DNA of 62,761 nt, filler included, from Vermamoeba vermiformis (lineage: Eukaryota), in assembly GCA_045837725.1 (NCBI GenBank). It is 4 parts of 4 records of this genome, joined end to end, with 100 filler letters (N's around TTAATTAATTAA, not from the genome) between each part and the next. Parts side by side here need not be neighbours in the genome. Positions count along the whole stretch, not along the records: positions 30,487 to 51,906 come from JBEWZL010000139.1; 3 more parts are not named here. One strand, given 5' to 3'. Within the stretch, counting starts at the first letter, position 1, and each line of letters starts with the position of its first letter. A program made the position numbers and the translations under genes. Of this stretch, positions 35,021 through 49,845 are shown piece after piece. The notes under the pieces are model-generated. The model did not search any database and was not told the DNA's origin. It saw nothing but the letters and a program-made list of their open reading frames with translations.

Positions 35021-37721
35021 TTACATGCATGAAAAGAAAGAAAATGAGTGAAGGAACAGCCCATATTGATGGTGTCCAAAAAGAGATGTTTGCCGCTGAC
35101 ACTGAGGCAGTTACTGAATAAAAGTGTTAACAATGTGATTGTCTTTAGCTGTTGGTTAATATTTACCAGGAGTGGATTGAGGTTGGCTTGTTGTAACTTG
35201 TGCACCACTTACTTCATCTAAACAACATTTAATGGAGTGCTACAAAATAATAAATTTGTGTTAACTTACTCTCCAAAGGCTTTCCAATAATATCTTGAAC
35301 AGATGGAACCTCTTGTTTCACTTGATTGATGGCTGTTTGATTGTTGACAAAGTTGGTTACCACTTCTGAAGCTGAAGGTTCACTAGAATTTCCTGCAGCA
35401 ATAGTTACTTCAAGCTCTTGTTCCAGGTCACTTTGGCGCTTCTTGTTGCCATTTTCCTGCCCACTGATACGATTGACATCAATATTTAAGGTATCAGCCA
35501 AAACAGAACGAAGGTTAGCGATGAAGGCAGTGAGATCTGTAGACGGTGGAGATACAATGACCAAGAAGGAGATATCTATTATTTGACAGTGAGCACAGTC
35601 AATTGTGATATATTAACTTACTTGATGGACACACAAGAGAAGTGTCAGAAGTGTCGAATGTCAACAAAAAACCATCAACAAACCAATTGACAATCACACC
35701 AGAAGAGTAATTGCTCTAAAATACTGTTAACAAGGCCACATTAAGTGTTGAAAGCATCTTACTGTGAAAGCAGAGAGTGGATAAAAGAACGGACGACCAG
35801 TAAGAAAACTCTCAACTGGCTGACCTGAAGGGTTGATGTTGTTGTTGGGTCCGTTTGCAATGCTCACTTGGCTAGAGACTTGATTTTGATACGAGAACGA
35901 GGCAACCTTGCCGCCATTGTTTCCAGTCTCAATGCACTGCAAGATGGGGACGATTCTATTTCCGACGCAGACGGAACGGGACTCGAGGCAAGTCGGAGTC
36001 TCGCCTTGACATTGCGAGCAGCTTGTGAACGCCACAGGTGACGAGTTCGCAGTGCAGCCTGTGGATCTTGGAGTGGTGGGAGTAGTGCCAGCAGAGCACT
36101 GACAAGCACTGTTACAGTTTGGTCCGCCGTCACATTGCTCATTGCCCGTGACAATTCCGTTGCCGCATAGATCAGTCTGCACGAGGTCAGGAAGTTGTTG
36201 CTTGATTAAATTAAATACTTACACAAAAGCCGCCCATCGGAACTGTTCCAGTAGTGCACTGACAATTAACGCACGAAGCACCTCCATCGCATTGTTCGGC
36301 ACCAGTAACATTCATGTCCCCACAAAAGTCACCGAAAAACTGTAAACGTGTCAAAAACCACGGGCACCAACAGTTTCAATCCACGTACCTGCAAACTAAC
36401 TGTCGTCATATTGGTCGTTAGATCTACCTCTTTCAGCGACAACACGTAGCCGTTCTGCTGCACCAAGTGCTTTGACGTTCCAACAAGAAACTTTGTAAAG
36501 GTGGTACCAGGATCCGGTCCTATGTTAAATCCGGCGTTCCATGTAACAAAACTTGAATCATCTACATCGAACGGCAATTCGAACCACGGAGAGTCCCAGC
36601 GATAGATAAAGGCATAATAACCTGACTAGGTGTCAGCGCAATTATACAAAAAACGCGTCCTGTACCTTGGGCAAATACTGGGTAGGCCTGCGTGAAATAG
36701 TTGGCAATAGTTGTCGACGCTAGGGACTGAATGGGCTGCATATTAGACGTGCTGAGTATTACGATTGCCTTGGTGCTTGGAGCAACTTGCAACAGGACAA
36801 TGAGAGTGTTGTTCTTGTAAGTGATCGACATATCGGTGTAAGACGGCACCTCATAGATTCCAAGTGCGGCATTAAGGTTCGACGGATCGTACTTGATCAC
36901 CGAACAAAAGTCGCTGGCGTTGTTGAAACAAGAGCCGTAAAAGAGGTAAGTTCCGTCGGAGGCTAAAGTGAAACTGACCGGCGATGTTGTAACATGAAGG
37001 GCTAAACTGCTTCTAATTGTAAGATCGTTTTCCATTATATACAAGGTACTCGTATTGATGTCTTTGTTCGAGGCAACAACGGCAAAACAAGTTTGGTTGA
37101 TACGAGTTGCAGTGATGTACGAAACATTTTGCGTCGGAAGGCCAATAAAACCATCGAATTGAATATTTCCTATCAAAAGAATCACTTGAGTATTATTTCC
37201 TCGCAGCAGATCGCTCCGCAAACTTACCGTTCGCATCTATTTTAGTGGCCCGCAGGCTGCCCATGACAGAATCTGAATTCTGTAAATATGCGTAAAATAT
37301 GATAATATTATTGTCAGTTGGAGAATGAATAACTGCTGGTAGTACGCCAACGTCACCGTCTCCCTGCGTGATCGACAGATTGAAGCTTTTTGTTTGCGCA
37401 AGGCTTGAAATTATGGTCAACTTCGTCTGTGCTTCAAAATCCACGACTGCCATGGTAGTAGAGTTAAGCTGAATAACTTGCGGGTTTATCCACATCTTCA
37501 CACTGATCAATGCCTGGTTATCAGGGATAAACGTTGATGTTGCGGGGTAAGAATATTCAAAAGTATTGCTTAAGGATGGTCGAGACGCTGTATTATACCC
37601 TATAATTATAAAAATATTAATTTCCGACAGCATTGGGTTTCAATTAGTGGCGATCACATCCGATCTGAGACTTACCGGCCACCAGCATTAATATTGTGGT
37701 TAAAAATTGCAATATTCTCAT
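35021..37721 (-). CDS. Secreted or GPI-anchored surface glycoprotein with a Cys-rich CGNG…EQCD repeat
   Basis: Signal-like MRILQFLTTILMLVA; beta-rich exons; LCGNGIVTGNEQCDGGPNCNSACQC; KKRQ dibasic site; hydrophobic C-terminus …WAVPSLIFFLSCM*. Confidence 0.7.
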
Positions 37722-37999
37722 TTTATATAGCAGATCAGTGGCGTTCGTTTGTTTCATTGCAAGGTTTGTGGCCACAAACGTTGCGAAAAAAAAATTTGGT
37801 GCGTTTTTGTGATTGACACGTCTTCAAATCTTGTTTTAGTTTCGACTTCATTATGCTGTACCATTAATCGTCATGAGGCACGCAGTGTTTGATTTAACGT
37901 TGGGAAGTTTAAAGTCCGGATTTGATCTTGTCCGCCATTTCTGCCGACGTTTTATTGAAATAAATAAACGTTTATCGATATATTACAACTTTTTTGTCC

Positions 38000-40461
38000 T
38001 TACTGGTCCTCCAAAGCCAGGATTTGCTCGTGTGGCTCCAGCGGAAATTCCGTGTCTTCACCGCTGTCGTTGTGCTCTTCGGTGGTATGCGCTGTGTCGT
38101 CGATGAACTCCACGATGTCCCCTTCTTCGTTGTGCTCGTCGGCCTGACCACCTTCCAGCAGCTCTTTGTCAATGTCGTAGTTGTCGAACTCGAGCTCGGG
38201 ATCGTCATTCAGATTGATCTCGTCCTCAACTTTGTTCTCTTCGACTGGTGCAGGAGTCTCCTTGACCTCTGGCTCGGCTTCTTCGAGTTTCTTTTCCTCG
38301 ACAGATGGTGTTGGGATTGGATCCTCACGAGGCGTGGTAGTTGCCGATGAGTTCGTGGATGTTGCGGTAGGTGCCGCTGTTGTGGCCGGTTTTGAAATGG
38401 TGACTTTAGTACCTCCCTTGATTGTGGGTGGCTTGACAACTGAAGGCGATGAAGTCACTGTGGGCGTTGTGACTGCAGTGGTCTTGGGCTTGGTGACCGA
38501 GGACGGTGTTTTCAGCGCAGATTTCGCTGGCGTCGTGGTTGTGCTCGTCGTCTTAGTCTTAGCAGTCGGCGTTGAGATCGTTGTTTTGGCAGGTGTCTTT
38601 GACGGAGTTGCCGAGGACTTGGAAGGAGTCGCCAAGGACTTTGATGGAGTGCTCGCTGGCGTGCTGGCTGTAGCGCGAAAGATTAGCGCATGTCACGAGC
38701 GAATTTGTCGTTAATTGACTTGCCTTTAGATCCAGACTTTGCCTCAGCCAATTGTTTCGTCAACGAAGCAATCTTGGCATCGGCCTTCTCTTTTTGTTCT
38801 TTGACCGTGAGAACTTCTTGCTTGGCTTTGTTAACGACTGCTTTGTTGTTTTTGATCTCTTGTTCGAGCTTCACTTTCACTTGTTGCAACTCTTGAAGTT
38901 GAGCGTTCAAATTCTTGATTTCACTCGTTGATTTTTCACGCGCAGTTCGCAAATCTTCCTCGACTGCACGAACCCTATTTACAATCTAATTAGCAATGCC
39001 TCGACATCGCTGGTTATGACGTACTTGTTCTTCGAATTGACGTTATCACGCTGCTCGCTCTCGTATTTGAGCTGCGCACCACGCAACAACTCGTTCTTGT
39101 TTGAAATCTCCGTGCGCAAGTTAGCAATGGTCTGTTTCATCTCTTCGATGCTCGTCTTCTGGTCCATGTAGTCGTTGTCCCATTGAATCTTGTCGCTCCT
39201 AAAACACTATATTAGCGTCACGTACAACAACACACTTGTGGCTTAGCTCACCTGACTTCGTTCAACTGGCCCTGCATCTTCTCCAACATCAACTTGGCCT
39301 TGGCTTGTGTGTCAAGTAAATCTTGCTTGGTCGTGTTGTGCGCGAGAACTTCCATCTCGTACTTGGTCTTAGTCGAGTCCAGCTCTTGTTTCAAGGCTTG
39401 ATTGTTCAGTTTCAACGTGTTCACTTGGTTGATTTGCTCGTTCAATTGCAAGTTCAAATTACCAATCTCGCGTTGATTGGCCTGCAACAATACTGTTAGA
39501 TATCGTACTTTGTACATTATTATAATATTGGTATGATACCCGCTCATTGTGAGGAAAAGTGTCGGATCCAATCAAAAAAAAGACATGCGCATAATTACTC
39601 AAAGACATGACAACACGTACCGTGACAGTCGTCTGCAAAGATTGAATTTGCACGTCGGATTCACGCTGCACTTGTTTGAGTTGTTGAATTTCTTGGTTCT
39701 GTCTGTTGGTTTGTGAACGCAGGACTTCTGTTTGCGCTTTTTCTTCGTCTAATAGCAGTTGTGTTTTCTGTTTAATAGATCAATATCATTAGTATTTAAA
39801 CCGCCAAACTAAAGGCCTTGCGACGTACTTCTAAATTCATTTTGAAGGATCTAGCTTGCGCTTCGGCCATTTCGAGCAGCTGTTTCTTATGCTGAATATC
39901 GGTGTTTAATTTGTTATTTTCCAATTTCAAGGTCTCAATCAGCTTGATCTGCTCGTTGAATTTGTCTGATAAGGCTTGCTTGTCGTCTTGGAGTTGCTAA
40001 CAAACGAAAAATTCAGATCGAGTTCCGAAACAACGATAAAAATCTCATATTGATGTTACCTTATTTAATTGTTGTTGTTGATTGAAGTGACCCTCCATTT
40101 GAGTCGCTTTTTGCCGCGCGATAGTCAAATCCGTGTTCAATCTTTCATTTTCAGCTTTTAAAGTATTGTTTGTCTTGACTTGCGAATCTAGTTTTGTGTT
40201 TATTTCGAAGAGTTGATTTTTCAATGCCTGTATAATTAAATTGGATTTTAATTATTTTTTCCGGATTCGGATTTCACGCTGGCTCGCTAATTACAGCGAA
40301 ACATTTACCTCATTATTTCTCAATAATTCACTACTATTAGAGGAGCTCGCACTTGTTGGCGTGGATTGATTACTTGACGGGTTTTCAGCTTGGTTTTGCG
40401 CGATCGTTGCGTTCAACTTGGCAAAAACAGGGGCCTTTGCATTTCCACCGAACATAGACAT
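38000..40461 (-). CDS. Long coiled-coil protein with a T/P/K-rich linker and acidic tail
   Basis: Multiple spliced exons rich in Q/E/K/L heptads, starting MSMFGGNAKAP; final ORF 38000-38635 is low complexity. Confidence 0.7.
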
Positions 40462-40697
40462 CTTGAATATAATAATGCAATAGTGGAACTGCAGCAAAAT
40501 AAAATTAAAGAAAATCTTTCGATTCAATTTCTGCCAAGATTTTGGCGCAGTTTTTCCTGCGACGTTTTTTTCGGCTGCAGACTTTGAGAAAGTTTATTAG
40601 TATTATTTATGTATTGTATATACCACGTGTAAATATTTGTGGGTTTATTAAGTCCATGCTTGTCTAATCTCGACCGATAGTTAGCACGTTAACAGAG

Positions 40698-42449
40698 ATG
40701 GGGATCTTGTAAGAATTAATAGCAAATAATAGCGACAATATTTTACAACAATTTATATTGGAAATAATAATACAATTTAAGCACCGTGGTATTGCAATCT
40801 AATTTGTTTTTTGACAGGAGCCAACTATTTGACCCGAGTTCACTATTAATATTAGCCACCGCATTATTTGTAATGTGGTATGGCTCAAAACGATCGAAAT
40901 CATCGCCGTTGGAATCATCTGAAGTGCAAGAAGAAGCAGGAGGTAAATTTCTACGCTCTTTCAATTCGCTATTCCGCAGTTCTAGCTCGTATTATTATAC
41001 TATAATGTATTTATAATATATATTAATATTATTTTTATTTTGCAATGCTTAGGCGAAGAAAATACCTCGATCCAATTAAGACAAGCAATTATTATGCCTG
41101 TACTAGGCTCAGTATCACTGGTGGTCCTATTTTATTTTTTAAATATTATCTATTGGCTGCTTGTGGTAATATTAGGCCTCGCTGTATTTTTCTCCATGAT
41201 CTACGTTTGGCAACCGATCGTGGATGGCATAATCAAAGATATTTTGCATCGTGAGCCGAGGAAGTTCAAGTAAGATTATTATTAATTGGTATGTCACGTC
41301 TAATCATTTGTTTCAGCATTTTGTTGCGTTGGTGTGATCCAACGCCGATCTCCACACTTATCGCGATGTTTTTTTCGCTTATAATGGTCGTATTATGGAT
41401 TGTCACGAACAATTGGGCCGTCATTGACTGTAAGTACATAATTACACCAATAATATCGATACTAACAGTCACAGTCCTGGCTATTTGCAACGGCATTGCC
41501 TCGTTGTCCTTCATGCGCATTCCGAACTTGAAAATTGCTTCGATCTTGTTGGGCCTGTTCTTCGTCTACGATATATTCTGGGTGTTTTTCTCGCACTTGA
41601 TTTTCAAAGAGAGTGTCATGTAAGTTGACTTCAGAGTTCAAAAAGTATTGCACGCCGGATCTGACATTCAATGCTAGGGTGTCGGTAGCAACGAAGAGCT
41701 TGTCACTCGGCTTACCTATTGTTATTAAATATCCCAAGCTAAGCTACTTGTGGAACGCGACAAATTATATCGTAAGTATTCGTGTTCACTGCACTATTTT
41801 CACGAGGCTAATGAATGTTTTAAGGTCATGCCCAATCCATTGAATGAACTCGTCCATCGCTACGTGACATTAGCTGCAAGTGACTATACGATCAGCTGGT
41901 TCTTAATAGGCATGGGTGATATAGTACGTGTCACGTGGTATCTTTGAAGCAATTTTACTGACCAGCGCTAGATTTTACCAGGCGTGTGGATCAATTTCTT
42001 GTATCGACTCGACGATCGCATGGGCAAGTCATGGAAGAGCGGGTATTTCTTGACGGGCATGGTCGGATACACCTTCGGAATGTTTGCCACTCAAATCGCT
42101 GTGTTTTTGATGCGCCAAGGCCAACCAGCCTTACTTTATCTCGGTAAGTCTATTATTACACTGCTGTAGTCGTCATTAACACGGATTAGTGCCGTTCATC
42201 TTGGTGCCCGTCACGATCCAAGCTCGGATCAAAAAAGAACTGCACATTTTGTGGCAAGGCATGTCGTACTTCGATGAACAAGAAGATCGACAAGATTTGA
42301 TGGAACAAGGCGAGTTGAACGATAACGACGAGAAGCTTGTGTTTTTAGTGAAAAGACCTGAACTCGAAAAGAAGCACAACGAAGAGGACGAAGGTACCGC
42401 CTTGCCTGGCATTCAGTTAGAAGACGAGGATAACATGCACGAGGAATAA
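40698..42449 (+). CDS. Signal peptide peptidase-like GxGD intramembrane aspartyl protease (family A22B); start approximate
   Basis: LFFVYDIFWVF (YD), IGMGDI (GxGD) and GQPALLYL (PAL) motifs in order across spliced exons; many TM segments. Confidence 0.9.
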
Positions 42450-42551
42450 CTCTTAGTCCTAATTCTAATGCAAAACATTTGATTGCGGATTGTTTTATGT
42501 ACAAAGTTGGGTTGTAATAAATAGTTTTTGAGTTGTAATTACAAAGCGTTT

Positions 42552-45500
42552 TCAAGCTCCCTGCGACAATTGTAGCGTTCTCGTCGTATTTCTCGCCGTT
42601 CTATCGGTAGCTTCTTCAATGTTCTTTTTGTATAGCGATAAGAAGTGCACGACGCGAGGGTGCGTGACTTTTTCCAAAATGACAAGCAAAGCCGGATCTA
42701 AGTACGCAGGAACTGTCTGGCCCGATTCTACAATACCAATATTAGCACCATATGGTACCACAGAAACGATTATACCTTTGTGGGTGATCTTGGCTAACAA
42801 CCAAGCTGCAAGCAAGTTAAACTCGACGACATCCGTTTCGAACAAGTGGACGTAATGAGGTCTTAAGGACTGCACCACGAGTGACCATTTGACATCGAGT
42901 GGAACTTCTTCGGTGAACTGCACCAGTGAACTTAGGTACTTGGGCTCGAGTTTAGCTGCTAGTCCTGTTAGTACGAATGTAGGTTTTTTCAGGCTGAGGT
43001 TTACCTGTAGCATTAAAGTATGACAAGCAAAGCACGCCTCTAAATCGAGACTCGGGAGGCACTAATCGACTTTCAGCCCAAAATTTGACGCGCTTGAGGA
43101 CTTTTTGTTTCTTCACCAACTTCTGACGAATGAACTCTAGACCAAAAAATTTCGTTATAATCTCATCTAATAGGCATAACAATTGCGATTAGAGGTACCT
43201 AGTCTCGCCAATGGTGTCAAAATTGATATGGCCCATGACGCTCTTTTCGGCGTTGAAGTCACGGACAAGTGTTGCAGCGCACTCAACGCGAGATTCACGA
43301 GCTGTTTGGCGTCGTAGTAAAAATGAATAGTGACGTTCTTGTCCGACAAATTGAAGAAAAGTGTCGCCAATAAGAACTTCAAATCATCGGAGTTCAGTTT
43401 GTCGTTCAACATGAAGATGATTTGTTCCACCAACTTGAACAAAATATTCTGCGGCAAATTCATCACTGGCCAATGCCATCAATATTAATATCGATTATAA
43501 TAATGCTTATTATTTACTACGTACCCCACACGCAATGTTTCCAAAAATCAACGCACGCCTCTTTCACTTTTTGCGTGAAACTCAAAATTTCTATCAAGTA
43601 ATCAAAATGAGGCGTAACATTGGCTATACATCGGTCACGGAGAGCTTCTATATCAGCATTAATATGAGTGGTATAATATGACTTTGAAATAATCTTACGG
43701 TTGGTTGACGGCATCGAGACGACCATGCAGTCGGCCAAGATGAGCAGTGAATACAGCACAGCCCTGACTGGTGCTATCCGAAAGAAGGCCAACATCACTT
43801 CGAGGCCGCCAAGCTCGATAAATTTAGCTGCGTTGGATTCTAATGGGATTGTTAGAGATAGTTTTGGAGTCTCGAAGTGCGGGGTTGCACGTACCTATTT
43901 GCGTCAATTTTGACAGTGCCCGAACAATCTGCTCTCTATTTTCAAAGCTTTTTTCTTTTTGCAGCAAGTCTATGAGCGATTTAATCGTTTTTGAACTGCC
44001 GACCACGCCCAGCGTTTGTTCTACGAATATTTTGTTAAACAATTGTAACGGATGCAGGTATCAACATTGACGTACCATTTCTAGTCGATAAATATATAAT
44101 ACATCCTATGCCTAGTTTAAAATCATATTTTACAAGTTCTAGAAATGCGTCCACGCCGTTGGCTTCAATAATTGTGTCGTGCTCTGAAAAAAATTATTGA
44201 ATTAGATTTCCGGAAAATTATTCGTTTAAATTATACGTACCTCCACATCTAATAAAATTCCATAATATACATGCTGCATTACGTTTCAAACTGTCTGCTT
44301 TTTGATTGAGCAAGCAATTGATACATTTTTCGATAATTGTACCGCTCTTTAATTGCTTAATTGCTTCGGCTAAAATAACAGAATATTATTTGTATATATT
44401 TATAATAATTTTGATAATTTAAATTAAGACTTACGTGTTTTAAAATAGCTGAGAATGCCGTACGAATTGATTACTGTTCCAACATTCATATTTTCATCGT
44501 TGACTAGGCCCAGTATTATTTGAATGGTACCTAATTTCACCAAAATCGATTGAAATATGTCTAAATATGGTTATTAATAATTAATGTACATTTAAGTACT
44601 AATTACCTTTTGCGGCAAAACTCATTATGATATGCGTTAGAGCTTTGGGTAATTTGGGATATAGTGTTAATAGACTCTTATTGCCTATTATAGTCAACAA
44701 AGACTTAAATACACCAATCGCTGTCAGAAAATTCTCTTGTTTTTCTAAACGAATAAAAATTAGATCGAGATCCAGGATCAGTTTGTCGTCGACAATGATT
44801 TTGATTCTTACCGAGGAATACTATTAACTTGAGTATTAAATAGACTATCACGAATTGATCTTGCGCTAAATATTTTCGTAATAACGAAACGAGAATATTC
44901 AACCCGCCAATTTCGATAAACATATGACGCGCTCCTATTAATAAAATTTATAAAAATTAACCTCTATATTACTAGTCAATACTATCATAGCAATTAGAAT
45001 AAGACATGTACGGTTGGTCAAGAAATTTTAAAAATATTACCTTGTATTGATTCCAAAACGGTGTCTGTGTTCTTCTTAAACGGCACACAATGCGATAAGT
45101 CTTTTAATATAGTCAATGTGTCTTGCGCGGATTGGTCCTCGAGCAATAATTTCAATTTTTCAATCACCAGATCGTCGGAAGAGTTGATCCGCAGGAAATT
45201 CTCCTTGCTGTGTCGTTTTTTGTATTCTTCAAGCCAAGATCTATTTTAAACATAATAATTTAATGTATTATATTGAAATAGGTGAATTATCTTGGGGCGG
45301 GATAATAAACGCACAAAATTTTGGATTTGGTTCAGCGAAAATAACGTGCATAATTATTATTTGTAAATTCTACTTTGAGGTTATATTAAATACAACAATA
45401 GCGCTGTATTTGCTAAAGTCTCGAATTTGCAAACTAAATCAAAATAAAAAATAAGTACATCCAAAATTTACAAAATTAGAGGGCTTTTAAATGCGCTCAG

Positions 45501-45769
45501 CACGTATTAAAAAACTAAAGAAAATATTTAAGAGAATTATTTATGAAAATATAACGGTCAAAACCTTACCTCTCCGGCATCAGGGCTAACTCGTAATCAT
45601 CAAGGCCCCACCGCGTACTATATAAGCTTCGCCATTTAGCGTTCGGCAAACTGACTATTAAGTGACGCAATTTGCCGCTAACTTGTGACAGGTTTAGCAA
45701 ATCTGTTGCACGATCAACTTGTTCTATGATCCAAAGGACTAACTCATTCGGCAGCTGAGTAAAATCCAT
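42552..45769 (-). CDS. F-box protein with armadillo/HEAT-like repeats
   Basis: MDFTQLPNELVLWIIEQVDRATDLLNLSQVSGKLRHLI (F-box) splices to SWLEEYKKRH; later exons include FIEIGGLNILVSLL and other helical repeats. Confidence 0.7.
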
Positions 45770-45981
45770 ATTGAAGGTGAATTTATATTCGCAACATGTG
45801 GTGACTTGATTAAATAATCGCGAGTGAATTAAAAGAAACCACAAGATTTGAATTGACCTTCCTATTTAGGCAATCGTACCGAAAAAATATGTTTTATTTT
45901 GCAATGAGAAGCACGTAACAAGCGTTGAGATTGTTCGTTGCCATAAAATGAAAAAAGTAAAATAAAAAATGCACGCGCGGG

Positions 45982-48900
45982 TCATAATTTTTGCATGGTG
46001 GATCTTTTGATAAATTTGTAAGTCTCGCTAAGCACGAAAAAGACGATTAAGCATACCATGACAACGACCCACTCGAGGCCAATGCCAACGTGCTTGAAAA
46101 CAGCCGTGTTAACGACAGGGATGTAGAGCGTTGGGACTGTAAGAGCCATGCCAGCAAGGACCGTCCAGAACAGCAATTTGTTCTTCCACAACTTCATGCG
46201 CCAAATAGGCTTGCGGAAGTGCTTGCAATTGAATGCCTGGAGGAGGATAAGCAGCGACATGGTGATGAAGGCAGTAGATCGGGATCGGTAGACTGGTTCA
46301 CAATCGATCGAGTCATCAGAGACGATGTTGCAGTTCTGGCCCACGAGACCGTCATAGAATATATTGAGCACGAATAAAAATGCACCCAAAGATAATCCGC
46401 CCATAATAGAGCCATAGACTAGAATGTCCATGATGACCTCTTTGGTGAACAGTTTGTTGCGCTTAGACGGAGGTTGCTGCATGATTTTCTTGTCTGCTGG
46501 CTCCACACCGAGACCTAGCGCTGGAGGAGTGCTATAAACACGTTAGTAGATGACACGTAATAGTAATTTAAGTTGCTTTACCTGGTGATCATGTTGAGCC
46601 ACAAGATCTCGAGCGGCGACATGACGTAAACACTGCGCTCATTCATGTCTTGCACTACGAGACCAATAACAAGGGCTATGACTTCTGCAACATTGCCAGA
46701 CATCAGGTGAATAATGAACTTGGTAATGTTGCTCAAAATTCGACGACCTTCCTTGATAGCCACGACGATGGTAGCGAAGTTATCGTCAGTGAGCACGATG
46801 TCAGCCGCTTGTTTCGCGACATCACTGCCGTTCATGCCCATGGCAATGCCGACGTCAGCTTGTTTCAGAGCAGGAGCGTCATTGACTCCATCACCAGTCA
46901 TCGCCACTAACTTGCCACGACGGTGCAAAGCTTCAATAAGCTTCACTTTTGATGTTGGACTGCAGCGTGCAATGACGTGTGGGAGCTCTTCAATGCCATC
47001 GATTTGTTCATCGTCCATTGCATCAAAGTCGGTTGCGACCATGACTAGATCATTGGACTTTGGTTCGTCTTCCACGATACTAACTGCGCGGGCAATGGCA
47101 GCTGCAGTCTTGGGATGATCACCAGTGGCCATGTGCACCATTATACCTGCACCGTGGCACAACTCAACGGAGCCTTTTGATTCTACCAAAGCACGTCAGA
47201 AAATGGGAAACAAAAAGAGCTGTAAATTTTACCTTCTCGAGGTGGGTCGTAGATGCCAAGCAGACCAAGATAAGTCATTTCAGGTGCATTTTCAATGGCT
47301 TGGCGGGGAGCACGAGGATCAGCAATTGAGGGAGCGTACGCCAGTGACAACACACGCTGCGCAGAACGAGGTTAATACGAGGATGTGATGCACGCAAGTT
47401 ACTTACTAGACCATCAGCGCTCATTGCCTGCAAGTTCTCTTCCACTTGTGGCTTGAATTCACTTGTCATCGGCACGCGCTCATTGCCTCGCTGGACGTAC
47501 TTGCAGCAACTTAACACGACTTCAGTGGCACCCTTCATGAACACCATATTAGTGCCTTCTTTACCGTACACGACCGCCATTCTTTTTAAAGCTGAGTCGA
47601 AGGGATGTCCATTCACCAACGAATATCCTTCAGCCAATAAATCACTCTTGAAGATCTGGTGGTCAACACCGAGCATTAACAATGCAATCTAAAGTAATTA
47701 GTGAACAAACACTTTTTTGACAACAAGTTTTGTCTTACTTCAGTGGGATCACCAATAGCCTTCAATCCAGCACCACTGCCTGTTTCAATGTCTGCCTCAC
47801 GCTCAGGCTCGCCTCGTCCTTGATCGTTTTCTTTTTCTTCCGAGTTACGGCGCAACATAGCACTGTTACACAGCACGCACGTGTCCAAGATCAAGCGCAA
47901 GTGCTCGTCATCTTTGTTTAACGTGCCCTTGCTCTCCTCTTGTACTGAAATCAGTTCGCCTTCGGTAGACCACACTTGTTTCACGACCATCTTGGCTTGG
48001 GTTAGCGTGCCAGTCTTGTCCGTGCAAATGTTCGTGATTGATCCGAGCGACTCCAGCGCATTTAAACGGCGTACAAGTGCCTTCTGCTTGGCCATAGACT
48101 TGACACCGATAGCCATAGTAAGCGTGACTACTGCCACGAGACCCTCGGGGATGATTGCAATGCCAAGGGCGATAGCGTACAGAATTACTTCAGTTTGCAA
48201 ATCAAACTTGTTGGCAGCAAATACCACGACAGCCAGAACGCACGCGATGCCGAACAAAATGTAGGCCATGATGTCGAGTCTGGATCCGAGTTATTTCAAT
48301 CACGCAATCAATTTTGTCTTACCTCTTTTGCAATTTTGTTTTGCTCTTGAAACCCTTTCCAGCGACAGCTTTAGCAATGCCTCCGATCTGAGTCGACATG
48401 CCCGTTGCAATTACAACGCCTGTGATACATTAATGCGGGGTCCCTTAAAAGATTCTGTCGTGTCGTACCTTTGCCTCGACCCTGCGTCACAATAGTGCTC
48501 ATGTACGCCATGTTCTTTCTGTCGCCAAGAGGGATTGTTTCGCCAGCGAATGGTTCGACACTGTGCACAAAAAAAAGGTGCGTAAATGGGCGGATCTGTT
48601 GGGGTTTCCTAAGAGATTCACTTACGACTTCTCAACGGGTTCGCTTTCGCCAGTGAGCATTGCCTCGTCGACTTTTAAATTCAGCGCTTCAATGAGTCGC
48701 ATGTCAGCACCGATCACATCTCCTGCATCCATGGTTACGATGTCGCCTGGAACAATTTTGTTCGTAGAAACCTCAATAACTTGACCCCCGCGTATAACCT
48801 ATTGCAAAATAAGTAAATCCAGCAAACGCAAATTACGCACTCCGATTTTGGCTCACACATCGGTAACTTACTTTAGCTGTCGGCGAAGACAATTTGCGCA

Positions 48901-49494
48901 ATGAAGCCATAGTCTTCTCGCTCTTGAACTCTTGGAAGAAGCCAATTAAGATATTGGCGACAATTACAAACAGCACCACGCCTAAAATTAGATCACGTCA
49001 CAAATTTGAAAGGGAAATTATTGAAAAGGAAAAGATTACCTGTTTCAATCCATTGTTCAGTCACGATTGATAATACCGCTGCGATCAGCAGAATAATTGT
49101 CAAACCATTCACAGAGTGTCTTAGCAATAAAATAAAAGGATTCACCTAAAAAGGAATTGGAATTGATAAGCTTTCAATCCATAAATTAATAAATATTACG
49201 TACGCCTCCTTCTCCCTTCAATTGATTGTCTCCATACTGAGCGAGTCTTTTCGTCGCTTCTTCGTCGCCTAATCCGTCGATCGAAGTTTCGAACTTTTGA
49301 AGAACTTGTTCGTACGTGTCACAGTGATAGGGTGGTTGCTCCACGGTCTTGTTCTTGTCCTTTTTCTTGCCTTTCTTCTTCTTCTTGCTTGCAGGACTCA
49401 CTGGTGCTCGTGGTTCAGACGGTGCGAGCGGCACGGGCAGATCGCCTAACTCGAGCTGCTCTCTTGATAGTTCACTTGAGCTGTTGCTGTCCAT
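45982..49494 (-). CDS. P-type cation ATPase, probably type IID (ENA, Na+/K+ efflux)
   Basis: [27 protein letters not shown] (phospho-Asp), [29 protein letters not shown], and C-terminal TM helices. Confidence 0.92.
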
Positions 49495-49845
49495 AACAAT
49501 CTAATATAATTGATATTGAATAACTGTCGCGACAGCACCAGTGCCCCTGGGCAAAAAGCACAGCTGGAAATTTCAGAGCATAGTTTGTAGGTTTCGTTCA
49601 ATTCCACATAAACGCGCAGTGATTGGTCAATACGGACAGTACTGTCTAAGTGTTTTCGAATTTAAAGCATGGGTTTGCTTTTGACAGTTTTCTTTTGGCA
49701 GTTGTTGCTAGATCCCGCAGGCATTGCCGCTTGAGTCTTCGAAAGTTATGCGCGCTCAACATACGACGATGGATTGTCTAAAAGTCGAGTTAATAAATTT
49801 TATACGCAAAAATTATTTCCCAAATTTTAGAATCAGTCTGCGTCA